A stretch of 64,000 nt of DNA from Tubiluchus corallicola (GCA_030141605.1 JAQGDQ010000266.1:186001-250000), one strand, 5' to 3'; positions 40,021 to 53,857 are shown, counted from the stretch's first letter. Notes: generated by a model not told the origin, from the letters alone. Program-made: numbers and translations.

Positions 40021-40839
40021 AAACATTCTTACATTCGGTGAATGCCATTGTTTTATGCATTGTTAAACCTGTAACTAATTTTGAGCTGAATTTCGTCATG
40101 CTCTATTTTGTCTAGTTGGTTTGGTAGTTACTTAGTGGCATCTGTCAATGAGTTAGTCACCAAAATGAAGCGTAGGTTAGTTGGGCCCAAAAATACAGGT
40201 CTAATATTTTATCGGTTGTTTCAACAAGTGGTTTGGAGTTTGGTTAGATAGTTAGTCAGTTTTTTGTGTATATATTACGAATTTTGTTTGTCAATAGAGT
40301 ATTACCCTAACATCAAGGTTTGTAAGGATAAATTGTGAGTCAGTGTTGTGGGCCTTACATATATCTGTGGTACCATTCAATTCTGCGCCTCATACTCATT
40401 CATTTAGTCACTTTAAAATGAATTAAAAAAATCTGACTATTAACTAACTAAGGAAGGGGCTGAGGACATTTCATCCCGAACTAATTGTTTTACCAAATTT
40501 CAATTCATTTGGATAAATATTTTTGGAATTGAAAAATTGTTAATTTTTCACAGAGTGAGTGAAGGAATGAACGAACTTTTCAATACGCAATCTGAATCAC
40601 GGGAATTTTCTAGTCTGTTGTTTATTTCTTACAAAAATAAGTAACACAGTGCGAGAGGTTTCAAGAGGTAACAAATAGCACGATCAAACACTTGAGCTAA
40701 ATAAACACAGAAAAATTCTTATAAGGGCTCAATATATGTACTAAATCTATACTACGCAAATTACATTAAATGACCCTGGCGAAATATATTGAAGAAAAAC
40801 GGAAACATCATTTGGTCTTTTTATTCGTGAGCGCTACAT

Positions 40840-41030
40840 CTAGATAGAACGCGAGAACTCAGCTGCTGATTTTTCATCATTCATTATGCTAGGCATCCAG
40901 TTTGCCACCTCGCAATCGTAGAGGGATAGACACATAAAACTCGCACGGTGGGCACCTGGTGTAGGAGCGTTGAAAGTGATTTGGTGAGCAGTGACCCCTG
41001 TCAAAGGCTCATGGACATTCGACAACAGTC
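40840..41030 (-). mobile_element. Possible DNA-transposase relic
   Basis: PTPGAHRASFMCLSLY resembles the PGAxHxARxMxxxxY motif I recall from Sola-type transposases; short and degenerate. Confidence 0.25.
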
Positions 41031-41202
41031 AATTTCTTCACAGTCACTTAACTCTTCCTAGGGCTTTGAGTTATATTCAAACATTTTTCATAAGTATTTA
41101 GGTACTGTGAGGTAGATGTGTCAGTGAAATTTTAAAAAGTTGGGATTCCTTAAAAGGCAGAGACAGAAGCCAAAATACATAACAGTGAGGTACTATCAAA
41201 CA

Positions 41203-41868
41203 TGCAGGGTGAAAACCCAGAGTAGGAGCTTAGACAATAGTGCAGGGCAAAGACCCGGAATAGGAGCTTAGACAATGGTGCAGGGCAAAGACCCAGAGTA
41301 GGAGCTTAGACAATAGTGCAGGGCAAACACCCGGAATAGGAGCTTAGACAATGTTGCAGGGCAAAGACCCAGAATAGGAGCTTAGACAATAGTGCAGGGC
41401 AAAGACCCAGAGTAGGAGCTTAGACAATGGTGCAGGGCAAAGACCCAGAGTAGGAGCTTAGACAATAGTGCAGGGCAAAGACCCAGAGTAGGAGCTTAGA
41501 CAATAGTGCAGGGCAAAGACCCAGAGTAGGAGCTTAGACAATGGTGCAGGGTAAAAACCGAGAGTAGGAGCTTAGACAATAGTGCAGGGCAAAGACCCAG
41601 AGTAGGAGCTTAGACAATAGTGCAGGGCAAAGACCCAGAGTAGGAGCTTAGACAATGGTGCAGGGTAAAAACCGGAGTAGGAGCTTAGACAATGGTGCAC
41701 GGTAAAGACGCGGAATAGGAGCTTAGACAAAGGTGCAGGGTACCCGAAGTAGGAGCTTAGACAATGGTGCAGGGCAAAGACCCGGAATAGGAGCTTAGAC
41801 AATGGTGCAGGGTACCCGGAGTAGGAGCTTAGACAATGGTGCAGGGTAAAAACCGGAGTAGGAGCTTA
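41203..41868. repeat. 38-bp minisatellite (about 17 copies)
   Basis: Unit AGTAGGAGCTTAGACAATAGTGCAGGGCAAAGACCCAG. Confidence 0.95.
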
Positions 41869-42474
41869 GTAATCAGAGCAGAAATAAATATAATAATATA
41901 TAAACTTCATACATTTAATGGCTGCCAACCAAATCTTTTCTCAACCCACTTATTTTATTTTGATGAAAATTAGTAGTTTAAGTTAAATTACACCGAGAAC
42001 ACTGAGAATACGATGTCAATGTGTTCATGACGAAATTATATAGTTCATGTAAAGTTAATCGATTTTTATATATGCAAACTTCATATCTGGCAACTACATA
42101 ATAGTAAAATTTATCTACACGAAGAGCAGTACTTGTCAATATAAATTATAATCTACTTATTAATGCACTAAATTACAATGCAGTTATTAGCTATTTAAAA
42201 ATGGCAAAGCTGCCGCAGCTCTAGTAGCAAAAATTGTATAAATCCAAAATATGCACTAGATTTTCAGATATTAAAAAAAAATTTGGTTTATAATTAGTTC
42301 TCATCACTAAAATTTTCAATTTTAAAATGCACAACTCCCATGCATAAATTCTAACCACACTGTGAAAAGTGACTGCTACAAAATTAATGATCAAGCGTAT
42401 ATCAAACAGAATTGAAAAAAATTGTTTGACAGTAGCCCTACATTTAAGGAGTGTCTGCAGCAAAAAGAATATCA

Positions 42475-43570
42475 CCAATAGTGATGGTTGCTATGACGAC
42501 CCCAAAGGTGATGGTTGCTCTGATGATGCCAATAGTGATGGTTATTATGACGACGCCAATGGCGATGGTTGCTATAAAGAAGCTAACAGTGATGATTGCT
42601 CTGATGACGCCAATAGTGATGGTTGCTATGACGATGGTTGGATGATGTGAGCAGTGATTGAGCCAAATGATGATTGACGACGCCAATGGTGATGGTTGCT
42701 ATGATGATGCCAATGGTGATGGTTGTTATGACAAAGCTAATAGTGATGGTTGCTCTGATGACGCCAATAGTGATGGTTGCTATGACAAAGCTAATAGTGA
42801 TGGTTGCTATGACGAATTTAACAGTGATGATTGCTCTGACGATGCCAATAGTGATGGTTGCTCTGATGATGCCAATGGCGATGGTTGCTATAATGACGCC
42901 AATGGTGATGGTTGCTATGACGATGCCAATAGTGATGGTTGCTCCGATGACGCCAATAGTGATGGTTGCTATGACGATGCCAATAGTGATGGTTGCTATG
43001 ATGACGCCAATGGTGATGGTTGCTATGACGATGCCAATAGTGATGGTTGCTATAATGACGCCAATGGTGATGGTTGCTATGACGATGCCAATAGTGATGG
43101 TTGCTCCGATGACGCCAATAGTGATGGTTGCTATGACGATGCCAATAGTGATGGTTGCTATAATGACGCCAATGGTGATGGTTGCTATGACGACGCCAAT
43201 AGTGATGGTTGCTCCGATGACGCCAATAGTGATGGTTGCTATGACGATGCCAATAGTGATGGTTGCTATGATGACGCCAATGGTGATGGTTGCTATGACA
43301 AAGCTAGTAGTGATGGTTGCTCTGATGACGCCAATAGTGATGGTTGCTATGACGATGCCAATGGTGATGGTTACTATGACGAAGCTGACAGTGATGATTG
43401 CTCTGATGATACCAATAGTGATGGTTGCTATGACGATGCCGATGGTGATGACTGCTCTGATGACGCCAATAGTGATGGTTGCTATGACGATGCCAATGTT
43501 GATGGTTGCTATGATGAAGCTAACAGTGATGATTGCTCTGATGATGCCAATAGTGATGGTTGCTCTGACA
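42475..43570. repeat. 27-bp tandem repeat (about 40 units; reads DDANSDGCY in one frame)
   Basis: Unit GATGGTTGCTATGACGATGCCAATAGT, interrupted at about 42640-42675. Confidence 0.93.
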
Positions 43571-44049
43571 ATACATAATGCTCAGCATAGAAATCTAAAT
43601 GTCAAGAACACACTTTTCACAAGTTTTCTGCATAAAAGAACTGCAAGTTTCTTTTTAAATTGATAATAACATTAGTACAAGATTGAGAGAGAGCTATCTA
43701 CTTAATAATTTTTTTGTCTAGATCAATTAAGAAAACAACTTTTATGTCACAACAATAGTAAAAGAATAATAATCACAAAATGAAAATAATTCATTTTAGC
43801 AAAATAATAATAATAGTTATAATTATAATAATAACAAAAAGAATATAAAAAACAGTAAATCCTTCAGACAAATTCAGCGTTAAATGTAATGTAATCCCTA
43901 AAAACAATGTTATCTAAAAAGAAAAATCTATTAGTTATAAATAAATGAGTTACAAAATGTCCATACTTTTACATAATGTCATCAATTACGCATGAATAAA
44001 CACCACAAGTATAAAATAAATAAGAAATACAAAGAGGAAATTTATAATC

Positions 44050-47000
44050 TCATACGGCTTGTACACCGGATCTAGGTTTTAAATTGTGAACTTCATTTAC
44101 ATGTCTTTTCAAACTACCAGACTGGGTAAAACTAACTGTACACTGAGTACACTTAAAAGGTTTCTCTCCCGTATGAACTCTGCCGTGTTCTTTCAAATTG
44201 CTGGCATCTGCAAAAGCAAAATCACACTTGTCGCACTTATAAGGTCTTTCTCCTGTGTGGGTTCTCAAATGCCTTTTCAAGCCAATTGGTCTACTAAATG
44301 CAGCCTTACAGTAAAGACATTTGTAAGGTTTATCAGTTGTGTGGATTATTAAATGACTTTGCAATTCACCAGCAGTTGTAAATTGTGCTCCACAATAGTT
44401 ACATAATTTAGTTTTGATGTCTAAATGTTTCTTCATCATGTGAACTCTCAAACTCCCCTTAACAGTAAAGTTATCATCACAATGTGTACATTTATAAGGT
44501 TTTTCACCTTTGTGAATTCTAACGTGTTGCTTTAAAATGAATGACTGTGCAAAAGCAGCATTACATTCACTACACTTGAATGGCTTTTCACCTGTATGAA
44601 TCCGTAAGTGTCGCCTTAAAAGAAAGAAATGACCAAAGCTCGCTTCACAACGATCACACTTATAGGGTTTAATGCCAGTGTGGGTCACTATGTGGGTTCT
44701 CAAGCTGCCCTTTGATCTAAAAGCACCATCACATTGCTCACATTTGTAAGGTTTGATGTCTTTGTGAATTCTTAAATGTTGTGTATAACAGTTTGACTTT
44801 GTAAAAGTTAATTCACAATAATTACATTTATAAGGTTGAATACCAGTGTGGATTACTGAATGAGTTTTTAATCGTGCTAAATGATGAAAAGTTGCCTCAC
44901 ACTGATCACATTTATAAGGTTTTTCTCCTGTGTGTCTGAATACGTGACGTTTCAGTGAGCTGGTGTGGGTAAAAGCAGCCTCACAATAAATACATTTATA
45001 AGGATATTTTCCTGTATGTGGGAGCTCTTCATGTTTTAAAGACTGTGTAGCAATAACGTCAGGCTTATCACGTTGACATACAGCAGTTGTTATGTCAGTA
45101 TCACATTGCATTTCAGGTACAACGAAATTTGCCATCGGAAGATCAAACTTGGCCTCTTTATTTGATAAAAAATCATTGAGATCTTCATTTACATCGTAAC
45201 TTCTACAATTTTCAGTCTTCACGGTATTTTCGTTAGCATTGCTGAAATCCTTTGATCCATTGAACACATCTGGGGTGAGTGGACAGTTATTTTTCTGGCT
45301 AAAATCATCTTCTATGTGTACAAAATTCACTATAGGTTCATTACATGCATTGCTGGATTTAGCATTGGTCGTACTTTCTCTAGTGTTTCCATAATAATTG
45401 GAAAATTTTACCATGTTGGTCTCTATGACCTGTTCATCCTTTACATTACAGTATTTTTCACTCTCTATGTCAACTGTAGGTTTTTCTGCAGCTTCCTCAT
45501 AACAGCGGGAATGCTTTAATATATCAGTCAGTGTATAATGTTCGGCATTAACATCCAAACTTTCACTTTCATCACTTGTCCTATTTGGTGTTTTTTTGCC
45601 GCAGCCACCAGAATAATCCACCACGTTTGATTCTGAGCTCAAGTCAGCAGATGCATTAACCTTGTGAACTTCACGAATATGCCTTTTCAAACTATTAGAC
45701 TGGGAGAAAGCACTGTTACAATGTGTACTAGTGTACTTTGCACTAGTGTGAGTTCTTTCATGCTGCCTTAAATTACTTAAACTTCCAAAAGCAGCATGAC
45801 AACTGTTGCACTTGAAAGGTTTTTCGCCCGTGTGAATTCGTAAATGTCTTTTTAGGCCAGTACGTCGGCCAAACGTTGCCTCGCACTGTAAGCACTTGTA
45901 AGTTTTATCAGCTGTATTGATTACTGGGAGAACAGTCAAGTGATTAGCACTTTTGTCTTGTGTATCATGTTTGGCATTCATGAAATCAAATCTGTCACAT
46001 TCAATTTTAGCTGTTACTGCCTCCACGGTATAATCAACGGAACACATTAACACACCTGTTTGTGATTTGTGCTCAGAGTTAACATTAGAACGTACTCCTA
46101 GGTTGTGCACTTCATTAATATGTCTTTTCAAACTACCTGACTGCGTGAAAGCAGCTTCACACTGAGAACACTTAAATGGTTTTTCTCCAGTATGAATTCT
46201 CTTATGCTGCCTCAAATTACCACCATCTGCAAAAGCAGTTTCACATTTATCACACTTGTAAGGTTTCTCTCCTGTATGAACACGTAAATGCCTGTTCAAA
46301 TCATTTTGTCTAACAAAATTGGCACTACAATGAGAACATTTGTAAGGTTTATTAGCAGTATGAGTTAATACATGACATTTCAAGTGACCAATAGCTGCAA
46401 ATCTAGTTCCACAATACTCACATACATGAGGTTTGATGCCCATATGTTTCATCATATGCAATTTTAAGCCACACAAAACTGTAAAACCAGCGTCACATTG
46501 GTCACATCTGTAAGGTCTCTCATCAGTGTGTATTCGTCTATGTTGTGTTAAGCTGCCTGCCTGAGCAAAAGCAGCATCGCACTGGTTACACTTAAACGGT
46601 TTTTCACCACTGTGAATTCTCAAATGTCTAGTCAAACAATACATTTGTGTAAAAGCAGCTGTACACTGATCGCATTTGTAAGGCTTAATACCAACATGGA
46701 CTAATGAATGAGCTGTCAATCTGCACGGACGACTAAAAGCAGCATCACACTGATCACATTTGTAAGGTTTTTGTCTTGAATGTTTAAACATGTGACGTTT
46801 TAAAGTGCTAGCTTTAGCAAAATTGGCATCACACAACTCGCATTTTAACAACTTTGTGCTTAGATTAACACAACTATTAGTTGTTCCATCATTGAAATTT
46901 ACTAAATACTCATCATCCATTGGATCAAAATAATCAAGTTTGTAAAGTTCATTATCAGTTGTTATTTGACTCATAGGAGAATTCCCTGGAAATAAACCTT

Positions 47001-47130
47001 CCGTCTCAGGAGAACTGCAGTAATTTTCTTGTGAGCTTAAAGAACTTGGCTGTTCTACCTTCACTTCGGGTTTGTCAAGTTCTGAACCAGTTTTCAGGTC
47101 ACCTGTGACTTCCATCATCCAATCCTTCAT
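44050..47130 (-). CDS. Multi-C2H2 (Kruppel-type) zinc-finger protein, 1026 aa, about 23 fingers in three clusters (9+3+11)
   Basis: Uninterrupted ORF with CxxC-x12-HxxxH fingers and HTGEKP linkers. Splice acceptor TTTTAG just upstream (47139-47140) and a probable UTR exon at about 47873-47930. Confidence 0.96.
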   Translation of the reverse strand: MKDWMMEVTGDLKTGSELDKPEVKVEQPSSLSSQENYCSSPETEGLFPGNSPMSQITTDNELYKLDYFDPMDDEYLVNFNDGTTNSCVNLSTKLLKCELCDANFAKASTLKRHMFKHSRQKPYKCDQCDAAFSRPCRLTAHSLVHVGIKPYKCDQCTAAFTQMYCLTRHLRIHSGEKPFKCNQCDAAFAQAGSLTQHRRIHTDERPYRCDQCDAGFTVLCGLKLHMMKHMGIKPHVCEYCGTRFAAIGHLKCHVLTHTANKPYKCSHCSANFVRQNDLNRHLRVHTGEKPYKCDKCETAFADGGNLRQHKRIHTGEKPFKCSQCEAAFTQSGSLKRHINEVHNLGVRSNVNSEHKSQTGVLMCSVDYTVEAVTAKIECDRFDFMNAKHDTQDKSANHLTVLPVINTADKTYKCLQCEATFGRRTGLKRHLRIHTGEKPFKCNSCHAAFGSLSNLRQHERTHTSAKYTSTHCNSAFSQSNSLKRHIREVHKVNASADLSSESNVVDYSGGCGKKTPNRTSDESESLDVNAEHYTLTDILKHSRCYEEAAEKPTVDIESEKYCNVKDEQVIETNMVKFSNYYGNTRESTTNAKSSNACNEPIVNFVHIEDDFSQKNNCPLTPDVFNGSKDFSNANENTVKTENCRSYDVNEDLNDFLSNKEAKFDLPMANFVVPEMQCDTDITTAVCQRDKPDVIATQSLKHEELPHTGKYPYKCIYCEAAFTHTSSLKRHVFRHTGEKPYKCDQCEATFHHLARLKTHSVIHTGIQPYKCNYCELTFTKSNCYTQHLRIHKDIKPYKCEQCDGAFRSKGSLRTHIVTHTGIKPYKCDRCEASFGHFFLLRRHLRIHTGEKPFKCSECNAAFAQSFILKQHVRIHKGEKPYKCTHCDDNFTVKGSLRVHMMKKHLDIKTKLCNYCGAQFTTAGELQSHLIIHTTDKPYKCLYCKAAFSRPIGLKRHLRTHTGERPYKCDKCDFAFADASNLKEHGRVHTGEKPFKCTQCTVSFTQSGSLKRHVNEVHNLKPRSGVQAV

Positions 47131-49799
47131 TTTATCAACTAAAATAATGATATAGACATGTAAGACAAGTGAAATGAACGAAGTACATCTGAAAAATCAA
47201 TAGTCTTAATGATTACTTTAAGAATCATACCACTGCAACTTTTGAATTTGTTTTAAGTTAAAGATTTGACGGACAAAATTGATAAAAAACCTCGAAATTT
47301 CACATCATTCACTTCCAGTCAGTCTACCATCTATTTACTAACCAGGTTTACTGTTATTAATTTGACTATTCAATCTATTACATTCACCATTAAATGCTTT
47401 AAGATAGGCCGCTTCTCTGTGGAATTTTTTACCAGAAAATAATTGTTTCCCTGAACCTCATGCACTCCAAGTAAAAAGTTCACTGATGTCTCCCTTCACT
47501 ACAGCAAATTAACTGTAATGCTACTTTACTTATTCCTATTCTTCAGCATCAGTATTAATATATCCTAGTTACTATGAATGCAAGGAAAATGACACAGAAT
47601 TTCTGTGAGAAAATTTCCAAATTTTTTGCTACAACTTATGCAGCAAGGAAGTTCGTTTCGCACAGAGACTGCGAGGTTTTTTATGCGCGTTCAGTTAGTT
47701 CCAACTATTTGTATATTTGTAGAGTTCATAGGCAGTAATGTTTTTCTGAGCACTTATAATTATTATTACAGAATTAATTACAGCCATTATTGGATGCCAC
47801 AAATTATAAAACAAAAAAGAGATTTAAACTATAGACACTGCATTCTCCAATTACCTCGAAGTTATTAATAACCTTGAGGTAACGAACTTTAACTTCTATA
47901 AGTCTTTCCTCTGAGACATGCTTCAAAATTCTAATGAAAAAAAACGAAAAATTCTGCTTTTATTTAAACAGGTCTGTAGATATAAAAACTGCCTGATCTA
48001 AAACGAGAAAATGACAAACACACAGCAGAAGTACAAATTGCACTTTACATGGCACAACTGTAAACATAACATGACTATTTGGACTCATATTGTAAAAAGA
48101 AAATTGACAATAATAACCCTAGAAAGATAACTGTTAGTGTCCACAGTAAAAGTGACCATTTTGAGGCGAAGGAAACACAAACTGTTCGGAAGCGAAAATA
48201 AATGGTACTTTGCCACGTATTCTTGTGAATATTACTTCTAAGAATATGTTGCAAGTACGAGTGAATTATTCCACAAACACAGTGCCATTTCTCAAATGTT
48301 TTTCTTGTAGTATTGAAGTGCCCGGCTTTTTCCATTTTTCGTTTTTCGTTTCCTGTTTTCTTCTGCCTTTTTGCAGTTAGCATTTTACAATTTACATTTT
48401 GTACACAAAACATGCTACTTTGATATGTTTCCTTGTCAGTGAAATGCTGCTGCTTCCACAATGGTAATTTGGTAAACCACTAAACTATTAGTAGTGAAAA
48501 GTTGAAAGCGATAAATTTCTATTTCAAAACGTAGTACTAGGCTTTGGAAACAGATAAGTAGGCAGTAGTTAAAGGACTTACAAAATTCTGTGACAGAAAC
48601 AGTTTAGCCTACCCAAGAGCAATGGAAGTGCAAGTTTAATGAGTTAAGAAAGCAATAAAATCACACAGCAGGCCTACTGTAAAATTTAGCTAATGCAGCT
48701 GTCAAGTACTGTCCACAGTACACAGGCCTACTGTAAAATTTAGGTAATGTAGCTGTCAAGTAAAAAGCACGTAAATATTTCTAATAATTAACTATTATTG
48801 CTAATATTTATTAACATTTTATGCTTGTATTGTATTATAACATCGGTAGACTATAGGTTTTGCAAAACCATTACGCTAAGCAAGAGACGCAGTTGTGTGC
48901 ATTCATGGTATTTTCCAATGTGAAGGCACACTCATTACAATTTAGAGAGGGTGCTTGAAGGTGTGGCTTAGAAATTTGTCCAATCACAATAAACGACAGC
49001 ATTGTTTTTTATATTAGGCTTATCCATTCATTCAACTTGGGTTTTCGCTGCCCAAACACACGTGAATGCATCACATGGTTCACTTGAGCCATTGTTTAAT
49101 AAGCACTAGAGATGATCTAGTAATGCAGCCGATGTGGAGTGATACTTCATAATAGATGTGGTGTTTGCGTGTTTTGCTGATTACTGTATTGTTTAGATAT
49201 TTCATTGTGTTAATTTCAGTTTTCAGTGCGTCAATATTTTTATTGTTTAGTATAGTTATCCGATCACAGGACGTTAGTGTAGTGCTAACGCAGTAGTTAG
49301 ACTTCAGTATGCGAGAAGTGCATGTGTGGTAAGGTTTTCTTTTGCATTATTTCTAAATTAACTTATTTTTGATTAGCTAGGATATTAGGGTTTGCTTAAC
49401 ACAATGTATGGTTATAGTACAAGCAACAGACTGCATTACTGAAATTGAATTACGCTACCTAATTGTAGTCTAGATCTGTGCTAACTACAATAAATACTAG
49501 ACATTACCACTCTCCTTATTTAGAACTTTTAATTGAGATTTTAGTGATAACCATCCTTTCTCCTGATTCCCGAAAATTACTACCTCAATATAAAAATAGC
49601 GTGAAATGCGATCACAGCGAGATAGAACTTCTCTTCCCTTTGCAGGAAATAGAATCCTATTTCCTACAAAATAGTCAGTGGGCGACAGAATAGAATGGGA
49701 ACACAGCAGGTAGCATAGGGGGCGGTGCGCCACTGACTTAGCTGCTCTAATGTAACAGGGCAGATTAAAGACAATATTCTGTGATTTCTGCCAATTATT

Positions 49800-51350
49800 A
49801 TTTATTTCTAGTTTTCTATAACAAAGTGATACTACATCAGTAATGTTTTATCTGTATCGGGAATTGTTGTTTTGGTAAATTAATGGTTTTCAAATAGGTA
49901 ATTTATTATGGTTGTACGGCATGTGTGAAGTGCGGCAAGTCAGTGCTTCAGATTGTATTACAGAATAAAGAAATTATTAATGATAAAACACCCATAATTA
50001 ACTGCATTCTGGTTGAATGTACCTGAAATAAATTTTAAAGCTGGTAGACTTGCAAAAAGTTCAACTGTAATAACAATATAAACAAGTGGAATGTTTCTAA
50101 ACATGCTTCACATAAACAAATAAGATCATGGTCATTGGACAAAATCAAGCTATGCAAGTCAGAAAACTTATTTACACCAATGGCAATTAAAAACAATCCT
50201 ACTTAAATAACTTTAATGTCGGGGTCAATTTCAAAATTTGGATGTCAATTAGAAGTATCGTCAGTATTATCAGCCATATTAACATTTGCATCAGCATAAA
50301 TGGAATAGATTGTAGAAATAGTAATTTCCCATTTTGGAAGAGGACTAGCAATAGAAATTACCAAGGTATTTTGTTAATCATAACAGATGAGGTAATAGAA
50401 CTGGTGGCAGCACTAACTAGTTTACAATAAACAACTTCACTGTTAAAATGAGTGGGGGATGATCTAGTGGGATAATTACTCGTATGATTGGAAAGGGTTG
50501 TTTCAGTTAGCCGTTTCATAACATTTGGTTAAGACATCAATCAAGGCTCACAGTAATCACAAGACATGACTTCATTGTGATCATCAATCCAATACAATTA
50601 TGTATTACGCATACTTCACAACAGCTATCTTGGTCAGCAGTAGTGGAATTACTTACTATTTCGTCACTAGCAGAGTTTTTGCTGTTAGTTCCTTTCTGTG
50701 TGGTAGCACGTAGGGCTTTCAAAGAACTTTCACTCAGACCAATTCCAGCACAAGGGTTTTGTAAAACATTAACAGCTATTTTTCAGGATGACTTTGGCAG
50801 GTTGTTGGGATCCCAGACTGTTGATACTTCTAGTGCTACGACTATGAGAAGGCTTACTACTCTGAGCACTGGAACTATGCTTGTTACTATTCATATCAGC
50901 ATTAACACCCATTACAACAGTGATTATGACACTCACTACAACACTACTGAGTACTAATCTCGCCGATATTCTACCACTATCCAAGTCTACAAAACAAATG
51001 TCGATATGGCGGTTCAGTGAATAAAGGACGAAACTAGTTACCACTTTAGGAACCTTAAATGCTGGGAAAGGCTCAGCAATGAGTCCTACAAAAAACTGCA
51101 GCAAAGAGTAGAGTACAACTGTAGATAAGTAGGTCACATAAAAACATAACATCAGCAGGCTATTGAATTTCTAATCAAAAATTAAACATTGTTATCATCA
51201 TATTGCATCTGTTGTAGATAATGGGCAGGCAGACTTTCAAAATAAAAGAAAACTACTTTCAAGGCAGGTAAACACAGCAGTAATCCAGTACAAAACTAGA
51301 CACTACTATGCCAGTGGCTTGTCAGCACCACTTCCAAATGAAAATTTAAC
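49800..51350 (-). mobile_element. Highly degenerate CR1-like LINE remnant
   Basis: About 50095-50200 reads VNKFSDLHSLILSNDHDLICLCEACL (start of an AP endonuclease); S-rich ORF1-like fragments upstream; many stops. Boundaries approximate. Confidence 0.4.
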
Positions 51351-52657
51351 AGACAAAAAAATTTTTGTCCAGAATTACTGACAACCTAGGAAATCTACTA
51401 AAATTAATAAAATAAAATTTGGAATTATTTAATGCCAATGCAATTAAATTAGTTGTAGTATTAGTAAATTAGAACTGGATCTTTCTATAGTATAGTGCCA
51501 ATTAAAAAGGCAAAGAAAAATTAATATGATTACGAGGACAGGATCTAAATTCCTGTTTATACTGAACTACAGTTATTATATTTTCTATCAGTATTTTACT
51601 TCTCATTGTCATCGAACAGAAGAGAATGGCCCATACCTACCTATGAGATCATGTCAAGAGCGCAGTTACGCCCCGACAAACACTCAAACATTAGAGAAAG
51701 AAAATCCTAATACAGCAAAGCCCCACACGCTGTAAAGGGGATGGAGTTTGTCAACGGCACTTCTTTTAGAACTGTTACTTTAATTAGTTCAGTGCTAAAT
51801 CATATTAATTTCACGCAAAATTTTTCTTACTATCGTATTTTTTGGAAAATCAATAAGAGAAATCTCGCCAGCTTAGCTAGAGACCTTAATTTGAGTAATA
51901 TGTTCTTTCGCCACGACTCTGTCAATTAGTTAGTTACTAGATTCAGCGCGTCCGAAGAGAAGTATTATTATTGATGATGTTCTAGTTGTCGTGTTGCAGG
52001 TGGTTAATAACTGGTACTTTACTGAGAACATCATTAGTTTGTAAAAGCATCACAGACTTCTATTTATCAGCTAATGGTTTGTTATAGTTTGTGTTGTTTT
52101 TGCTGATAAATTGTTGCACAACGGAAATAAGTAAAACTTAGTTCAGAAACGATTGCGTTAGTAATTGCTTGAAACTTGTCACCAATAAAATTCTACTCTG
52201 AAGATATTTTCGTTTTGTTTTGAGTGGTAAAATGGTAAAATGATCATTCTTTATTATGTACGCCCTGGTGGTGAATGATAGGGTGCAGTAGAAACGTTGT
52301 ATTTTTCTAATTACTATATTAATAAACGTCAGGAACTATGGGCCTACATTTGAACAATGAAATTGTTCTGTCAGTTTTAAGCTTAGTGACAACTCATAGC
52401 CACGACGTTGAATTCTAACCGCGCCTATCTTTCTCATCTAGAGGACTAAATGAACGCTGTCACAATTTCATTCTCACGCTATTACAACATTCCATTTATG
52501 TACAAGTCAACGCTTCATAAGAGCCTAAATTCTGTTTTAAACATGCCTCAGTTTCTATTGTAAAATGGTGGTGTAAACAGCGAAATTCCATTTAAATGCT
52601 TTGTTACAGTAAATACTCAGTCAAAATCGCTTATATTAATTCGTTAAATTGATATTA

Positions 52658-53211
52658 GGTCCATTTCACAGTAAGGAGTCGTGGCAAAATTCCTCGAGAA
52701 AAAGTTCTTGCAGCATTCCTCACAAAGATAGAATACATTGTTTTCTATGACGCATTGACTTCTCATGACGATTTTTCTTCGTGGAATTCCTTAGAAGCTG
52801 TGTCACGAAAAAATTGTCACAAATTTACGATAAATTTGACAACCCAATTTCGCCTTTCTTGCTTAACGAGCGATGACTAACATAATTATTTCAGCATAAA
52901 ATTATAAGATTTTATCACACCTTTTGTTTTTTCCTTTCTTTTATCCTACATACGATTCCATGTTTTATTAATGCAATACCGATGGTTATATATATTCGTG
53001 AAAAATTTAGAGAAAACTTGACGTCGTCTTCGTTGTCCATGTTGACGACAGCTACAATCCTGTAACTCGCAAAGTAGCTGCAGCTAACTGAACAAGCGCA
53101 AAGAAATCGCGCGGTTTCACTGTGAAATGAACTTTCTTGCTGGAAATTTTCTGATTTTCTAACAGCAAATTCGTACGTCATTTTCCTTACGTCCTCAGTG
53201 TGAAAGGGCCC
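52658..53211. mobile_element. PIF/Harbinger-type MITE (about 554 bp)
   Basis: Imperfect TIR GGTCCATTTCACAGTAAGGA / GGGCCCTTTCACACTGAGGA, TTA target duplication both sides; related inverted fragment at about 47580-47720. Confidence 0.75.
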
Positions 53212-53857
53212 TTAGACTGCTCATAAGTACTGTTCGTTTGCCATGAAGTACTATGAAAGCCTTAGTGTTGCTTATGTAAAGTAATTTTTAACATTCTTCT
53301 AGTCTTACTACGCCATTAAGATCCATTCATCATCATACATTACATTTAGTACAGTTTCAGTAAAACGTTTCACACAACACGGATGTATTTGCTCCGGAGG
53401 CATTTTTATATTGAAAGAAGCGGCAACGTGCCTAATGCCTAGTAAGGAACTTCATCATTACCATTGTCGTCATGATTTAGAAGTTAAAGTTCACTGAGTC
53501 ACTGCAGCGTCACTGTAAATGGTATAATTTACCACTACATAAGATTACTGTTACTTAGCACATTTTAGGCTCAGCAAAATAAGGTCTCCGTTTCTATAAT
53601 ACTATTTATACCCTCGAGCAGAGCTCAAAGTAGTTCAGTGAGTAAAACGTTGCAATTAACTGACGTCTTTAACCTGGTGCTGACCGCTCAGTTTTGCAAT
53701 AGTCATCTTTATAATTGCGCACGTGACACAGTCTGAACTTCACTAGGTAATAAGAACACCCTTGAGTCAAGTGAATGGTAACAGTCTTGTAACCTGACAG
53801 TATTGGAAAGGTGAAAAGGAAATGAATGCTTTATCGAAAGTAAACACCACAAGCCTG

